Shown: positions 1 through 10,298, counted from the stretch's first letter. The stretch is 64,000 nt of DNA from Candidatus Borrarchaeum weybense (GCA_019057385.1 JAHQJS010000008.1:32001-96000); one strand, 5' to 3'. The notes: generated by a model not told the origin, from the sequence alone. Made by a program: numbers and translations.

Positions 1-1041
1 GTGCCCCGAACCCCTGTAATGGCAGTTACGCACTTTGTCGGGGCAACCTATAAACACCAACGAACCTGTAAGGTGATCGGCTATAACTATCGCCAGTTTT
101 CTCCTGAAATCTTTTGCATAATTTACCCGTTTCCTGTAGAGTTTTTTCAAAACCGCGTATTTCCCTATCCGCTTCAACTTAGCGATCCTATTGTTGAGTT
201 GGCACATCCTGATGAAGAACTCTTTGTAGTCCTCTTTCTTAAAGAAGAGGTCACGTGCTTCGCCTGCAAGCTCATATTTTACAGCAGTCGCCAGCCGCTT
301 CAAGCCGAGATCAATGCCTGTAACGGACTTCAGCACAGGGCAAACTTCTTTTTCTATGACGACATGCACTTCGTAGCGTTTTAACCTGTAGTTTTTGACC
401 ACCTGAAAAGACTTAACACGCCATTCTTTATCATGGAAGTGCTTTTCGGCATGCGGATACACATACAACGGTAAATGTAACTTCTTACCTTTTTTAAGCG
501 TGGAAATCCTAGCCCAGAGAGGAAACACCTTTGATGTGCGGGAAAGGGCGATGTCGCCTACACGGTAGTCGAACATGACGGGCACCTTCCCCCTAATAGT
601 CGGTGATGACGGTTCCCTCTTATTCCAGCGGTATAGTTTGTGCAGTAACTTCCGCAACCTTTTCTTATCTTTAACAGTGCTCTTCTTGGTAAGGCGTTTT
701 TTACAGGTGGTTATTGACCTTTCCAGACGGTTGACGTCTCGCTGCCAGTCATGGTGCAGTTTTTGATATGACTTATACATCCAGAGGGCTTTATCACGAC
801 AGGCTTGTGCGAAGCCTGAAGACAGCCCCGTAACCGCTTGTACGTCCTTGCGGTATTTTTCCACTTCTTTGGTAGCAGTTATGTTTTCAGAGATGATATT
901 TTCAAGAAAAAGTTGCACCCCGTAAGTGATCCGTGAGGTAAGGTTGTCGAGGAACTTCATTTTTGTTATTGTGATCTTGTCGTCAACGGGAAGCACTAGC
1001 GTCTTGCACATTAGAAGTGGTTTGGCAAGTTGAAGTTCCAT
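1..1041 (-). CDS. tnpB: TnpB-like RNA-guided nuclease family protein, 3'-truncated by window edge (not in ORF track)
   Basis: Manual translation from ATG at 1041 stays open to position 1 (MELQLAKPLLMCKTLVLP...EVHVVIEKE..SVTGIDLGLKRLAT...LVFIGCPDKVR). RuvC-I GIDLG at 304-318; basic helical N-terminal half; IS605-type left-end hairpin upstream. Confidence 0.85.
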   Translation of the reverse strand, partial: MELQLAKPLLMCKTLVLPVDDKITITKMKFLDNLTSRITYGVQLFLENIISENITATKEVEKYRKDVQAVTGLSSGFAQACRDKALWMYKSYQKLHHDWQRDVNRLERSITTCKKRLTKKSTVKDKKRLRKLLHKLYRWNKREPSSPTIRGKVPVMFDYRVGDIALSRTSKVFPLWARISTLKKGKKLHLPLYVYPHAEKHFHDKEWRVKSFQVVKNYRLKRYEVHVVIEKEVCPVLKSVTGIDLGLKRLATAVKYELAGEARDLFFKKEDYKEFFIRMCQLNNRIAKLKRIGKYAVLKKLYRKRVNYAKDFRRKLAIVIADHLTGSLVFIGCPDKVRNCHYRGSGH

Positions 1042-1185
1042 CTTTTCCCTCCATGACACTCTAAGGAATTATGGGAAGGTAAACTTAAAAATGTTTCGTT
1101 ACAAAGATCATGATACGAAAAAACTATCAAAACAGCTACGCAATTCATCCCCCATCAAGTTGAGGGGTCTTCTTGCGAAGTAACT
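1..1185 (-). mobile_element. IS200/IS605-family (IS1341-like, TnpB-only) element, left part
   Basis: Minus strand reads TTAT|agttacttcgcaag-AAGA-cccctcaacttgatggggg-atgaattg, a subterminal hairpin (1149-1167) similar to the left ends at 37373-37419 and 12829-12876. No tnpA between the end and tnpB. Confidence 0.7.
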
Positions 1186-1263
1186 ATAAAAAACTTCCAA
1201 TTTCTTTATTCAAAGAATTAAATAAAAAGTAGGTTTAATCACAAGCGTTTGCATTTCTTGAGT

Positions 1264-2406
1264 TCAAGAAAATATTCTTCTAAGTGTTTCATGCGTGCTT
1301 TCTTTTTTAATAAGAGCAAGAGTCTCATAGATTTGTTTACTCGTTATTCGATCTTCAGATTTAACCAGTGCTTGGTGCAAAGCGCTTTTTAGTAGTTTCT
1401 CTTTTAGCGCTCTACCACTAAAGCCTTCTGTGTCAACAGCCAACTTCCGAATATTCACTTCAATTTGTAATGGCAGTTTGTCAATGTACATTTCGAGAAT
1501 TTTAATTCTATCTTCTAAAGTTGGTAGTAGAAATTCAATCTCATCTTCAAATCGACTTCTTATTGCACGATCGAGGAGTTTGGGTGCATTAGTTGATCCA
1601 ATAGTCACAACACCCTTATTTTCAGTTATTCCGTCCATTTGCTGCAATAGAGCCGTAACTACTTCTGAAACATCCCCTCGAATGTTTTGATAACTTCTAT
1701 CAAGTCCTATTGCATCTAATTCATCTAAAAATATAATACATGGAGCTTGTGCCTTTGCTTCTTTGAACAGGTTCGAAATCCTTCGACTAGCATCTCCAAC
1801 ATGAATTCCAATCAGTTCAGTGGATGATATTGCGAAAATTTCGGAATTCGTTTCCGACGCCAGTGCCCTCGCAGTCATAGTTTTCCCAGTTCCTGGAGCC
1901 CCATAAAATAAAACACTTCGGGGTCTCCATTCTGAAAAGCGTTCTGGATCTTTAAGATAATTTTTGATTATTTTACATTTTTCTTTTGCTTGTTGATGAC
2001 CAATAATCTCATCAAAAGCAACTTTTGGTATTTCCTGATGCATATATGATGTTTTCTTTGACTTAGAGTCTAATATTATCTTAGTCTGAGTGCCAATTAC
2101 TCCACCTTTTTTTGGTTCGCAGTTTTTTACTTCGAATGCGTAATCTGGAACCATAAATTGGTCGAATAGAAAGTCTCCTTCGTTCACCTGAAATCCTGCC
2201 CACTGTTCTCTTGCGTATGCTTCAAAAAGCCTAGGATTGTCTGTATCAACTTCAATATCTTTTTCCTCTTGAAATCGCAGGGGGTAGCCTGCAGGTTGAA
2301 TATGTATTATATTAAGTGGTATCTTTAGTTTTCCTTTTGTTGTTTTTTTATCAATTAGATCATCTGAAGGCGCCGATGAAACATGCCAAAGTTTTGTTTT
2401 TTTCAT
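1264..2406 (-). CDS. AAA+ family ATPase (archaeal single-AAA type)
   Basis: Walker A GAPGTGKT, Walker B IIFLDELD, SRH TNAPKLLDRAIRSRF. Confidence 0.9.
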   Translation of the reverse strand: MKKTKLWHVSSAPSDDLIDKKTTKGKLKIPLNIIHIQPAGYPLRFQEEKDIEVDTDNPRLFEAYAREQWAGFQVNEGDFLFDQFMVPDYAFEVKNCEPKKGGVIGTQTKIILDSKSKKTSYMHQEIPKVAFDEIIGHQQAKEKCKIIKNYLKDPERFSEWRPRSVLFYGAPGTGKTMTARALASETNSEIFAISSTELIGIHVGDASRRISNLFKEAKAQAPCIIFLDELDAIGLDRSYQNIRGDVSEVVTALLQQMDGITENKGVVTIGSTNAPKLLDRAIRSRFEDEIEFLLPTLEDRIKILEMYIDKLPLQIEVNIRKLAVDTEGFSGRALKEKLLKSALHQALVKSEDRITSKQIYETLALIKKESTHETLRRIFS

Positions 2407-2645
2407 ATATTCAAAACCCTCTTCTTATGATCCATGTATTCAATTCTGTGCACAATTGTCAGATATTTTATCAACAATAAAAACTTCATACACCAACTTG
2501 TTTTTCAATCTATTGTTATTTTAAAAATCACAAGAACAAATCTAATACAGTTCTCTATAAAGATTAAAACAATTATTAACTAATTTGAATCCGTATTACA
2601 AAAATAATTACTTTTATTCTGGCAAAAAGTATTGTAAGAAAGGTT

Positions 2646-3224
2646 GTGGGGAAAATATCTGAACAAATACGCGCGTTTCTAGCAATAGATATAGATGAAC
2701 ATTTATTTGATAAAATCAGAGAAATACAAGATTCTCTCATTCAAATTAAGGATGATTTAAGATTAGTACCTCTTGAAAACATCCATATTACTCTCGAATT
2801 CCTTGGAAATCTCCCCCCATCGATGGTTGATGAAATTTCTCGAATAATGCAAGTAATTTCGCTAGAACCTTTTAACCTTGAGTTTAAGGGTGTAGGGATT
2901 TTTAATCCAAAATTCATAAGAGTAGTATGGATTGGTACTGGGGACGGGAGCAAAAATGCGATCTCTCTTGCTGAGGATTTAAAAAAGAGACTGAAAACTC
3001 TTGGCGTAAGAATTACCAAAAAAAGATTTACGCCACACGCGACAATTGCAAGGGTTAAGAGCAAAAGGAACACTCGCGAACTTGCTAGGTCAATTCAGGA
3101 ACTCTCGGAGATAAAAATTGGAACAATGATGGTTACTTCATTTAAACTAAAAAAAAGTGAATTGAGACCAAGAGGTCCTATTTATACAGATCTAAAAATA
3201 CGTCAACTGGAGCCTCTTCAGTAG
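2646..3224 (+). CDS. thpR: RNA 2',3'-cyclic phosphodiesterase (2H phosphoesterase)
   Basis: RAFLAID N-terminus; two HxT motifs (HITL, HATI); typical position upstream of cca. Confidence 0.92.
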   Translation: MGKISEQIRAFLAIDIDEHLFDKIREIQDSLIQIKDDLRLVPLENIHITLEFLGNLPPSMVDEISRIMQVISLEPFNLEFKGVGIFNPKFIRVVWIGTGDGSKNAISLAEDLKKRLKTLGVRITKKRFTPHATIARVKSKRNTRELARSIQELSEIKIGTMMVTSFKLKKSELRPRGPIYTDLKIRQLEPLQ

Positions 3225-3254
3225 ATATTAAGAGATTGTATCAGGTATTGAAAA

Positions 3255-4673
3255 ATGAGCATTCAAAGTGTATTAAAAAATGCTATAAAAAGACTGAAAC
3301 CGACAAAGAAAGAAAGCCAAGATGTTCAGCATCAAGTTAAAACTATAATTGACGAGTTAACTATTGGGCTCAAAAACTTCTATCCAGATATCGAAGTTCA
3401 TGTAGAAGGATCAATCGCTAAGAACACTTGGATTTCCAATAGTAAGGAAGTCGATATTTTTATTCTTCTTCCTTCAGAGGCAACGCGAGAACATCTTCAA
3501 GATGTGCTGAGCACCGTAAAAAATGTAATTAAGGCTCAGTGGATTGAAAGGTACGCAGAACATCCCTTCCTTGAGTTTTCCATAAACGACTATAAAGTAG
3601 AGATAGTTCCTTGTTTTAAAGTGCTCGATTCAAAGCATTTGAAATCAGCGGTTGATAGAACACCTCTCCATACACGATATGTTAACAAAAAAATGACCCA
3701 ACAATTAAGAGATGATGTCCGCTTATTGAAGGGTTTTACCAAAGGAATTGGCGTTTATGGTGCTGAATTGAAGATTGGAGGTTTTTCAGGATACCTTTGT
3801 GAACTTCTAATCATTGCATATTCTGGTTTTTTAAGACTCTTACAAGAAGCAACTTCATGGACAACTGGAACTGTGATTGATATTCAAAATCACTACAAAA
3901 ACTTTAATGAATTACGAAAATTATTTGATTCGCCTCTTATTGTCGTGGATCCTATTGATATTTCACGAAATGTTGCATCCGCATTAAATCTCAAAAATTT
4001 CTCGATTTTTGTAGCTGCTGCTGGCGAGTTCTTAAGGAGACCTCATCTCCACTTCTTTTTCCCTCCATCTACACCAAAACTCTCTGTCAAAGAAATAATT
4101 TCACGAATGAATTCACGTGGAACTCATTTTCTTTTTCTAGTGATTCCTGCGCCATCTGTTGTTTCAGATATTCTGTGGGGACAACTCTATAAATCTGTTT
4201 CAGCACTTCATACTTTTTTTGAACATCATGATTTTCCAATATTCCGCAAAGATGTTTGGACTGACGAACAAACTCTCGTGATTTTTATATTTGAGTTAGA
4301 ACACAAAACTATCCCTTATGTTGTGAAAAGAATTGGACCTCCAATAACATCACCTCAACATGCAACCAAATTCATTAAAAAGTATATTAAAAGCAAAGAT
4401 ACTTTATCCGGTCCGTGGATAAATGAAGATGGAAGATGGATCGTTGAAATAAAAAGAGATTTTACAAAAGCAGAAGAATTACTTGCCAGAAAAATCCTTG
4501 ACAAATATTTAGAGGAAATTGGTCTTGGAAAATATATTAAAATGGAACTTCCATCGGCAAAAGTCTACTTGGATTCTGAGATCGCATCTCTTTTGAAGGA
4601 AACTCCCGATTTTCTAGATTTTTTCACTAATTATCTTGTTAAAACACCTAAGTGGCTAACAAAGAACTCCTAG
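3255..4673 (+). CDS. cca: Class I (archaeal) CCA tRNA nucleotidyltransferase
   Basis: GSIAKNTW..EVDIF, YAEHP, SAVDRTPLH, GVYGAELKIGGFSGYLCELL motifs. Confidence 0.95.
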   Translation: MSIQSVLKNAIKRLKPTKKESQDVQHQVKTIIDELTIGLKNFYPDIEVHVEGSIAKNTWISNSKEVDIFILLPSEATREHLQDVLSTVKNVIKAQWIERYAEHPFLEFSINDYKVEIVPCFKVLDSKHLKSAVDRTPLHTRYVNKKMTQQLRDDVRLLKGFTKGIGVYGAELKIGGFSGYLCELLIIAYSGFLRLLQEATSWTTGTVIDIQNHYKNFNELRKLFDSPLIVVDPIDISRNVASALNLKNFSIFVAAAGEFLRRPHLHFFFPPSTPKLSVKEIISRMNSRGTHFLFLVIPAPSVVSDILWGQLYKSVSALHTFFEHHDFPIFRKDVWTDEQTLVIFIFELEHKTIPYVVKRIGPPITSPQHATKFIKKYIKSKDTLSGPWINEDGRWIVEIKRDFTKAEELLARKILDKYLEEIGLGKYIKMELPSAKVYLDSEIASLLKETPDFLDFFTNYLVKTPKWLTKNS

Positions 4674-4989
4674 TTACACAAACTATTTTTGAACTACTCT
4701 TTCCTATCGAAATGAACTTTTTGCCGAACAAGTTAAATACTGTGTTTGAGAATAGGTAACTGCATATTCTTCGATTAAGAAGAGAATTTGTCATAAATAT
4801 GATTATTTAATTCAAAATCAAATGAAAGCAACACAATCAAATTCATTTAGCGTTAGCAATACTTCGACAAAACATCAAAAAACATGAAGTAAGTATATTA
4901 CGTTCTTAAAGAAAATAAATCATATGTAATCGTGTGAATACCAAATCAAGTTATTATTTACAAAATCTCTTTAGGATGTAGGATGGGAT

Positions 4990-6198
4990 GTGTTCGCATT
5001 GGAAGAAGAAGATCTTGTTGAAAAGATATTATTAGGTGCGTCTGTTTTTAGGGACGAGCGTTCTTTATTTCCAGAATTTCTACCTCAAAAACTTCCTAGA
5101 CGTGAAGAAGAAATTTCTCGCCTAGCTACAGATTTTCGTCCACTTATTCAAAAAAAGGGATCTTTTGCTATTAATATAGCAATTACTGGAACTGCTGGGG
5201 TTGGAAAAACGGCAGTAGCGAGATATTGCGGAACACATATCGAAAACGCTGCAAAGAAAAAGAATATAGCGATTAAATTCATTTTATATAATGCACATAC
5301 TTTTCGGACAAAAACTTCGATTTTAAGAAATCTTTTGACAGACCATTTCAATGTTACAGCTAGAGGTTTTTCTGATGAGGAAATTCTGGGCATGTTAGTT
5401 AAACGACTTGAAAAGGACGACATGCGTTTAATAATTGCTCTTGATGAAGCTAATCTTCTAGGTAGTGAGGAAATTCTGTCAATAATTCATGCTAGTGAAG
5501 TTTTTGGGATAGAACGTAGCCGAATCTCCACAATAATAATCTGCAGACGGACAGAATGGCGGGCTATACTTAATGCCCCTCTTTCTGGACATATTCACGA
5601 TCAAATTAATGTACCTGGTTATACAAAAGATGAGTTATTCGATATCTTGAGTTATCGTGCACAGTTAGCATTTAATTCCGGAGTTATTTCTGAGGATATC
5701 ATCGATATGGTTGCAGAAATTGCTAGCCAAACACAGAACGCAAGACATGGTATTGAGATTCTATTAAGGTCCGGAAAAATGGCTGATTACGAACATTTTA
5801 ATGAGATAAACGCAGAACTTGTTCGAAAGGCGAAAGTTGGAGTGTATCCTGAACTACGCCCTGATGTTCTTGACGATTTAAATGATCACGAACTTTTGGC
5901 AGCACTTGGTTTAGCAAGGCGCCTTAAACACCACGGAATAACTGCTACTACTATTAATGAAGCTTACAAATACTACCAGATCGCATGCGAAGAACGCGAG
6001 GGAATAAAAGCGCAAAGCTTGTCAGCCTTCAGAAAATATGTACATCGTCTTGATTCAGTAGGTATAATTGGAAAGGCAGTAGGACCACTTGGTAGAGGAA
6101 GACGTGGTCGAAGAGCGCGCATTACGTTATACGATCTTCCAGCAACAGTTTTAGAAGAGCGTGTGTTAAAGATATTCGAGTTGCATAACAAAAAATGA
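4990..6198 (+). CDS. cdc6: Cdc6/Orc1 family replication initiator
   Basis: FLPQKLPRREEE, Walker A GTAGVGKT, Walker B IIALDEA, C-terminal winged helix with GRGRRG wing. Confidence 0.92.
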   Translation: MFALEEEDLVEKILLGASVFRDERSLFPEFLPQKLPRREEEISRLATDFRPLIQKKGSFAINIAITGTAGVGKTAVARYCGTHIENAAKKKNIAIKFILYNAHTFRTKTSILRNLLTDHFNVTARGFSDEEILGMLVKRLEKDDMRLIIALDEANLLGSEEILSIIHASEVFGIERSRISTIIICRRTEWRAILNAPLSGHIHDQINVPGYTKDELFDILSYRAQLAFNSGVISEDIIDMVAEIASQTQNARHGIEILLRSGKMADYEHFNEINAELVRKAKVGVYPELRPDVLDDLNDHELLAALGLARRLKHHGITATTINEAYKYYQIACEEREGIKAQSLSAFRKYVHRLDSVGIIGKAVGPLGRGRRGRRARITLYDLPATVLEERVLKIFELHNKK

Positions 6199-6344
6199 AC
6201 AGAGAGCAAGTCCTTCCGTATCGCAAAGAGTAATTTATATATCAAGATATACAAAACCATCGCTAGTTAAATCAAACTAGATAGCCAATAATGCAATAAC
6301 TTGAAAGTTTTCCTCAGAAACAGTAATCATTATATCATATTAGA

Positions 6345-7076
6345 ATGGAGCAAAAATCTATGAAACAACTACAGACTGGGATATCCGGCCTAGATGAAAT
6401 ACTTGACGGTGGAATCCCTGAAAAAAAAGTAATTATGCTTACTGGTTATGCTGGTACTGGCAAGACAATTTTTAGTACACAGTTTTTAATTGGCGGTATA
6501 AAAAACCAAGAAACTGCCGTATATGTTACTTTCGAGGAAACTGCCCAAGAGATAATTGATAATACAATGAAATTTGGATGGAATTTGGAATCATTAATTG
6601 AGGAAAAGAAACTTGTTTTTGTAGAGGTGTTTGCCAGCGAAGAATCGGTAAGGATAGTCCGAGAAGTTGACGACCTGACACCTCTTATTGAGCGCATTAA
6701 ACTTGCAATAAAAAGAAACAAAGCAAAGCGAGTTGTTTTAGATTCCATTACGGCACTTTTAATGGCTTTGAAAAGTAAAGATGTTGTACGCCGAGAATTA
6801 CATCGTTTATGTGCAATTTTGAAGAATATGGGCTGCACAATTTTGATGATTTCTGAAGTGCCTGAAGTATCGTTTGAACATGCTTCTACTGTGCTAAGTC
6901 GATATGGCGTTGAAGAATTCGTGGCAGATGGGCTCATTACCTTGTACTTTAGGCCTGAAGGAATGACACGTGAACGATATATTGAGATTCGTAAACTCCG
7001 CGGCGTTCATCATAAAATTGGCGTGTATCCCTTTGAAATTACTGATCATGGTATAGAAATAAAACCACGTGCATAG
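6345..7076 (+). CDS. KaiC/RAD55-like RecA-superfamily ATPase (single domain)
   Basis: TGISGLDEILDGG, Walker A GYAGTGKT, YVTFEE, VVLDS, KLRG motif. Confidence 0.9.
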   Translation: MEQKSMKQLQTGISGLDEILDGGIPEKKVIMLTGYAGTGKTIFSTQFLIGGIKNQETAVYVTFEETAQEIIDNTMKFGWNLESLIEEKKLVFVEVFASEESVRIVREVDDLTPLIERIKLAIKRNKAKRVVLDSITALLMALKSKDVVRRELHRLCAILKNMGCTILMISEVPEVSFEHASTVLSRYGVEEFVADGLITLYFRPEGMTRERYIEIRKLRGVHHKIGVYPFEITDHGIEIKPRA

Positions 7077-7117
7077 GGGGGAAAAACCTGTCACAATCAA
7101 GGGATGATGTAGACCGA

Positions 7118-7771
7118 ATGACATCTGGAATTGAAGGCTTAGATGATTTACTTAAAGGAGGTTTCCCTAGAGGAAGTTTTATCAGCGTTTGGGGCTTTGA
7201 TGGATATGCAGAGTCAATTTTCTCCAAACAATTCTGCTTCAAAGGACTTGAAAACAATGAAAAAGTTTTGTACGTAGCTACAACTGAGACAGAATATGTA
7301 TTTCGAAAACAAATGGAAGTATATGGTTGGGGTACATCTAGTATGTCCACTTCTCTCAACTTTCTTGAAATTCCTGAAACTGTTTTAACTGACCTTAATG
7401 CAGCCAGTAGACTAATTTATGATAAATTTGAACGTTTACAAGGAGTTGATAGATGTTGCATAGTTATGACACCACTTGTTCATCTTAGTCCACCAGCCCA
7501 CACGTTAGGAGCGACAAAAATTTGGCGTGATCGCTTCTGGAGATCACGTTCTGTTGGTATCGCAGTATATACAAGGGGCGGTATTCCTACACCACTAGAA
7601 GTGTCGATTCGGGCGAGTTTTGATGGTGTTATAGACTTCTTACCCTCCGAAAAAGAAGAATATGATGGATATTTGCGTATTTCTAAACTACATCGAACAA
7701 AAACCCCTCCGGAATATATTCCGTTTATTCTTGAACCAAAAATTGGTATCGTCTTAAAGAAAAATGATTGA
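7118..7771 (+). CDS. Degenerate (probably inactive) KaiC/RAD55-like domain protein
   Basis: SGIEGLDDLLKGGFPRG and FDGVIDF..LRISKL are retained, but the Walker A position reads GFDGYAES and the Walker B Asp is absent. Confidence 0.8.
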   Translation: MTSGIEGLDDLLKGGFPRGSFISVWGFDGYAESIFSKQFCFKGLENNEKVLYVATTETEYVFRKQMEVYGWGTSSMSTSLNFLEIPETVLTDLNAASRLIYDKFERLQGVDRCCIVMTPLVHLSPPAHTLGATKIWRDRFWRSRSVGIAVYTRGGIPTPLEVSIRASFDGVIDFLPSEKEEYDGYLRISKLHRTKTPPEYIPFILEPKIGIVLKKND

Positions 7772-7985
7772 TTTTTTGAATGCCTCTTGAAAGGTTGAGT
7801 ATAACTGGGTTTTTTAGACGTCTTTTTGACGATTTTTAACGTATCTTAAGAAAGCTAAATTATTGAATAAGTTTAAGTGTGAGAAAATTATATGAGCAAA
7901 ATCACACGAACAGATATCAGATAGCGTATCAAGTGAGACTATTCAAGGCTACAATGGATCTATCTTATTGGAGGACATAAAAAAA

Positions 7986-8753
7986 ATGCCAAAACAATCT
8001 GTCTGGGAATATTTACGAAATAAAACAGAAGAACACTCTGCTATACATCTTACACTCATTGATCCTGATCCTTTAAGTGGAACTACTTCAGAAGTAGCTG
8101 GAGAGATAGCCAAAATTGCTTTTGAAGTTGGAACTGATGGAATTATGGTAGGAGGGTCAACAGCTTTTGGTATTCTAGATGATACTGTAAAAGAAATAAA
8201 ACGATATGTAGATGTACCAGTGATCTTATTCCCTGGAAATATCACGGGTTTGAGTAAATTTGCAGATGCTGTATTTTTTATGAGTTTAATGAATTCTCGA
8301 AATCCTTATTGGATCTCTGGAGCACAAGCAATGAGCGCACCAATTCTAAAAAACTGGGATCTAGAGGCAATATCAATGGCTTATTTACTTATAGAACCCG
8401 GTGCAACGGCTGGATTCGTTGGAGATGCGAATTTACTTCCGAGAGAAAAACCTAAAATTGCAGCAGCATATGCTCTTGCATCACAATACTTAGGATTCAA
8501 ACTTGTTTATCTGGAAGCGGGATCTGGCGCCAATGCAGCGGTTCCTTTAAACATGGTTAAAGCAGTTTCACAAACAATAGATATACCGTTAATTGTAGGT
8601 GGCGGCTTAAATTCAGTAGACGCGGTTGTTAACTGTGTTAAAGCAGGGGCAAATATAGTTGTACAAGGTACATTTGTCGAAAAGACTGTCCCGATTGACA
8701 GTGGAAAATCTCTTTCCGAAATAATCCAGGCACTTAAGAAGATACAAAGGTAG
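7986..8753 (+). CDS. Geranylgeranylglyceryl phosphate synthase
   Basis: HLTLIDPD, IMVGGS, ILFPG, YLEAGSGA, VGGG motifs. GGAGG before ATG 7986 (track start 7968). Confidence 0.93.
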   Translation: MPKQSVWEYLRNKTEEHSAIHLTLIDPDPLSGTTSEVAGEIAKIAFEVGTDGIMVGGSTAFGILDDTVKEIKRYVDVPVILFPGNITGLSKFADAVFFMSLMNSRNPYWISGAQAMSAPILKNWDLEAISMAYLLIEPGATAGFVGDANLLPREKPKIAAAYALASQYLGFKLVYLEAGSGANAAVPLNMVKAVSQTIDIPLIVGGGLNSVDAVVNCVKAGANIVVQGTFVEKTVPIDSGKSLSEIIQALKKIQR

Positions 8754-8827
8754 CTGAATCTACTTTCTTGAAATAAACAGTTTTGCTATTAAATCTTATT
8801 TTTATTTCTACGGGGGCCCTAGTGTTG

Positions 8828-9973
8828 ATGAATTATGATATAATTATTGTTGGTGGAGGCTTTGCTGGATTAGCTACTGCAATAACTGCATCAAGGAACA
8901 ATTTAGATTGTTTAGTAATTGAAAAAGAGAAGGAACTGGGTTATCCTGTTCATACAAGTGGAGGTTCCTGGTATAGTGAGATGCTCCATCTTGGGCTTGA
9001 TAAAAACCTTTTGCATCCCATAAATTCTATTGCTTTTCACTCTCCTTCAGGAGATGTTGTCTCTGCTAGTTTTAAAGATCAAGACCCTTATGGTTGCATA
9101 ATAGATGTAAGAGGGACAATTCAGTTTTTGGCAATGAAGGCGGCACAAGAAGGTGCGCACATCCTTCCCAATACCAAGGTACTCTCACCAATCTTGGAAA
9201 ATGGTGAGATTGTTGGTGTTAATACTAAATCTTCTGGTTCAGAGTCCAAAAACATTTTCTCAAAAATTGTTGTAGATGCCTCTGGTAGTTTATCACTTAT
9301 TACACGTCGATTAGGATTAAAAGAAGGCAAATGGCAAAGATATGGTATCGGTGCAGAATATGAAGCATATGTTCCTAAACTGCCAGATGAAAACCATGTT
9401 GATTTTATTTTGGGAGAAAGATTTGCGCCTGCAGGTTATGCATGGATTTTCCCAACAGGTAAAAATCGCGCTAGAATTGGTGTCGGGATTATAAGACCTG
9501 ATAGTAAAGAAAATCCGTTCAAATATTTGGAAGTCATAATGCAACAGCATCCAAATATTTCCAAATATCTAAAACATGCGGTGCCTATTGAGTATCACCA
9601 TGGAATTTTCCCTTGTGAGGGGCCACTTCCGAAAACAGTATCGAATAGATTTATCAGCGTTGGGGATGCTGCTGGTCAGGGGAGTCCACTAGTTGGCGAA
9701 GGAATCCGATATGCAATACAATTTGGTTATTTAGCTGGAGAGGTTGCTGCTAAAGCAATAGCAACCGATGATGTATCAGAAGACTATCTTATGCAATTCT
9801 ATGAAGAAAAATGGAAAGAGCAAATAGAAACAAATTTTAAGATAGCCTTAGAAATACAAAAAAGGCTTGCGAGACATTCTGATGACGATTGGGAACGAAA
9901 AATATCAATGCTGAAAGCACTGGATTTTGATAAACTTGTAGTTTTTTTGAATAAACTAAAGGGCGAACTTTAA
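8828..9973 (+). CDS. Geranylgeranyl reductase family FAD oxidoreductase
   Basis: GGGFAG FAD motif, VVDASG, PAGYAWIFP, VGDAAG...GEGI; follows GGGP synthase. Likely start ATG 8828 (track 8783). Confidence 0.88.
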   Translation: MNYDIIIVGGGFAGLATAITASRNNLDCLVIEKEKELGYPVHTSGGSWYSEMLHLGLDKNLLHPINSIAFHSPSGDVVSASFKDQDPYGCIIDVRGTIQFLAMKAAQEGAHILPNTKVLSPILENGEIVGVNTKSSGSESKNIFSKIVVDASGSLSLITRRLGLKEGKWQRYGIGAEYEAYVPKLPDENHVDFILGERFAPAGYAWIFPTGKNRARIGVGIIRPDSKENPFKYLEVIMQQHPNISKYLKHAVPIEYHHGIFPCEGPLPKTVSNRFISVGDAAGQGSPLVGEGIRYAIQFGYLAGEVAAKAIATDDVSEDYLMQFYEEKWKEQIETNFKIALEIQKRLARHSDDDWERKISMLKALDFDKLVVFLNKLKGEL

Positions 9974-9986
9974 CTAGATTTAATTT

Positions 9987-10298
9987 CTATATTCTTGTAT
10001 AAATCTTTATACCGCAGTATCCACATTTAATAATATTGTCAGGATTTGGTGACATTTCAATCTCTTTCCCACACTGAGGGCACTTTGGTAACGTTTCAAG
10101 TGCACTTGGTGGAAGAATTAATTTATTGAACCAGTCCACTGCTCCAGACCACTCTCCTTTTTCCCAAAGTTCTAAGATTACCTCTTTGCATCTCCTAATA
10201 GTAGGTATTTCAAATCGCTCGCAGATATCACCAAGAGTTGTACGACCTTTGATTGTGGTGTACTTTATGATCTTCTGTGCCAGTTCGTTCATTTTCAT
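9987..10298 (-). CDS. Small winged-helix (PCI-like) plus Zn-ribbon protein
   Basis: RTTLGDICERFEI..EVILELWEKGEWSGAVD helix-wing pattern, then CPQC..CGYC. Confidence 0.6.
   Translation of the reverse strand: MKMNELAQKIIKYTTIKGRTTLGDICERFEIPTIRRCKEVILELWEKGEWSGAVDWFNKLILPPSALETLPKCPQCGKEIEMSPNPDNIIKCGYCGIKIYTRI

Noticed and set aside
1-766. Plus-strand track ORFs 1..384 and 575..766
   Set aside because: Antisense shadows of the minus-strand tnpB, which the track omitted because it runs off the window.
4674-4989. Replication origin next to cdc6
   Set aside because: AT-rich, but only weak single ORB-like matches (ttcctatcgaaa near 4700; ttcctcagaaac near 6310). No repeated ORBs or G-strings.
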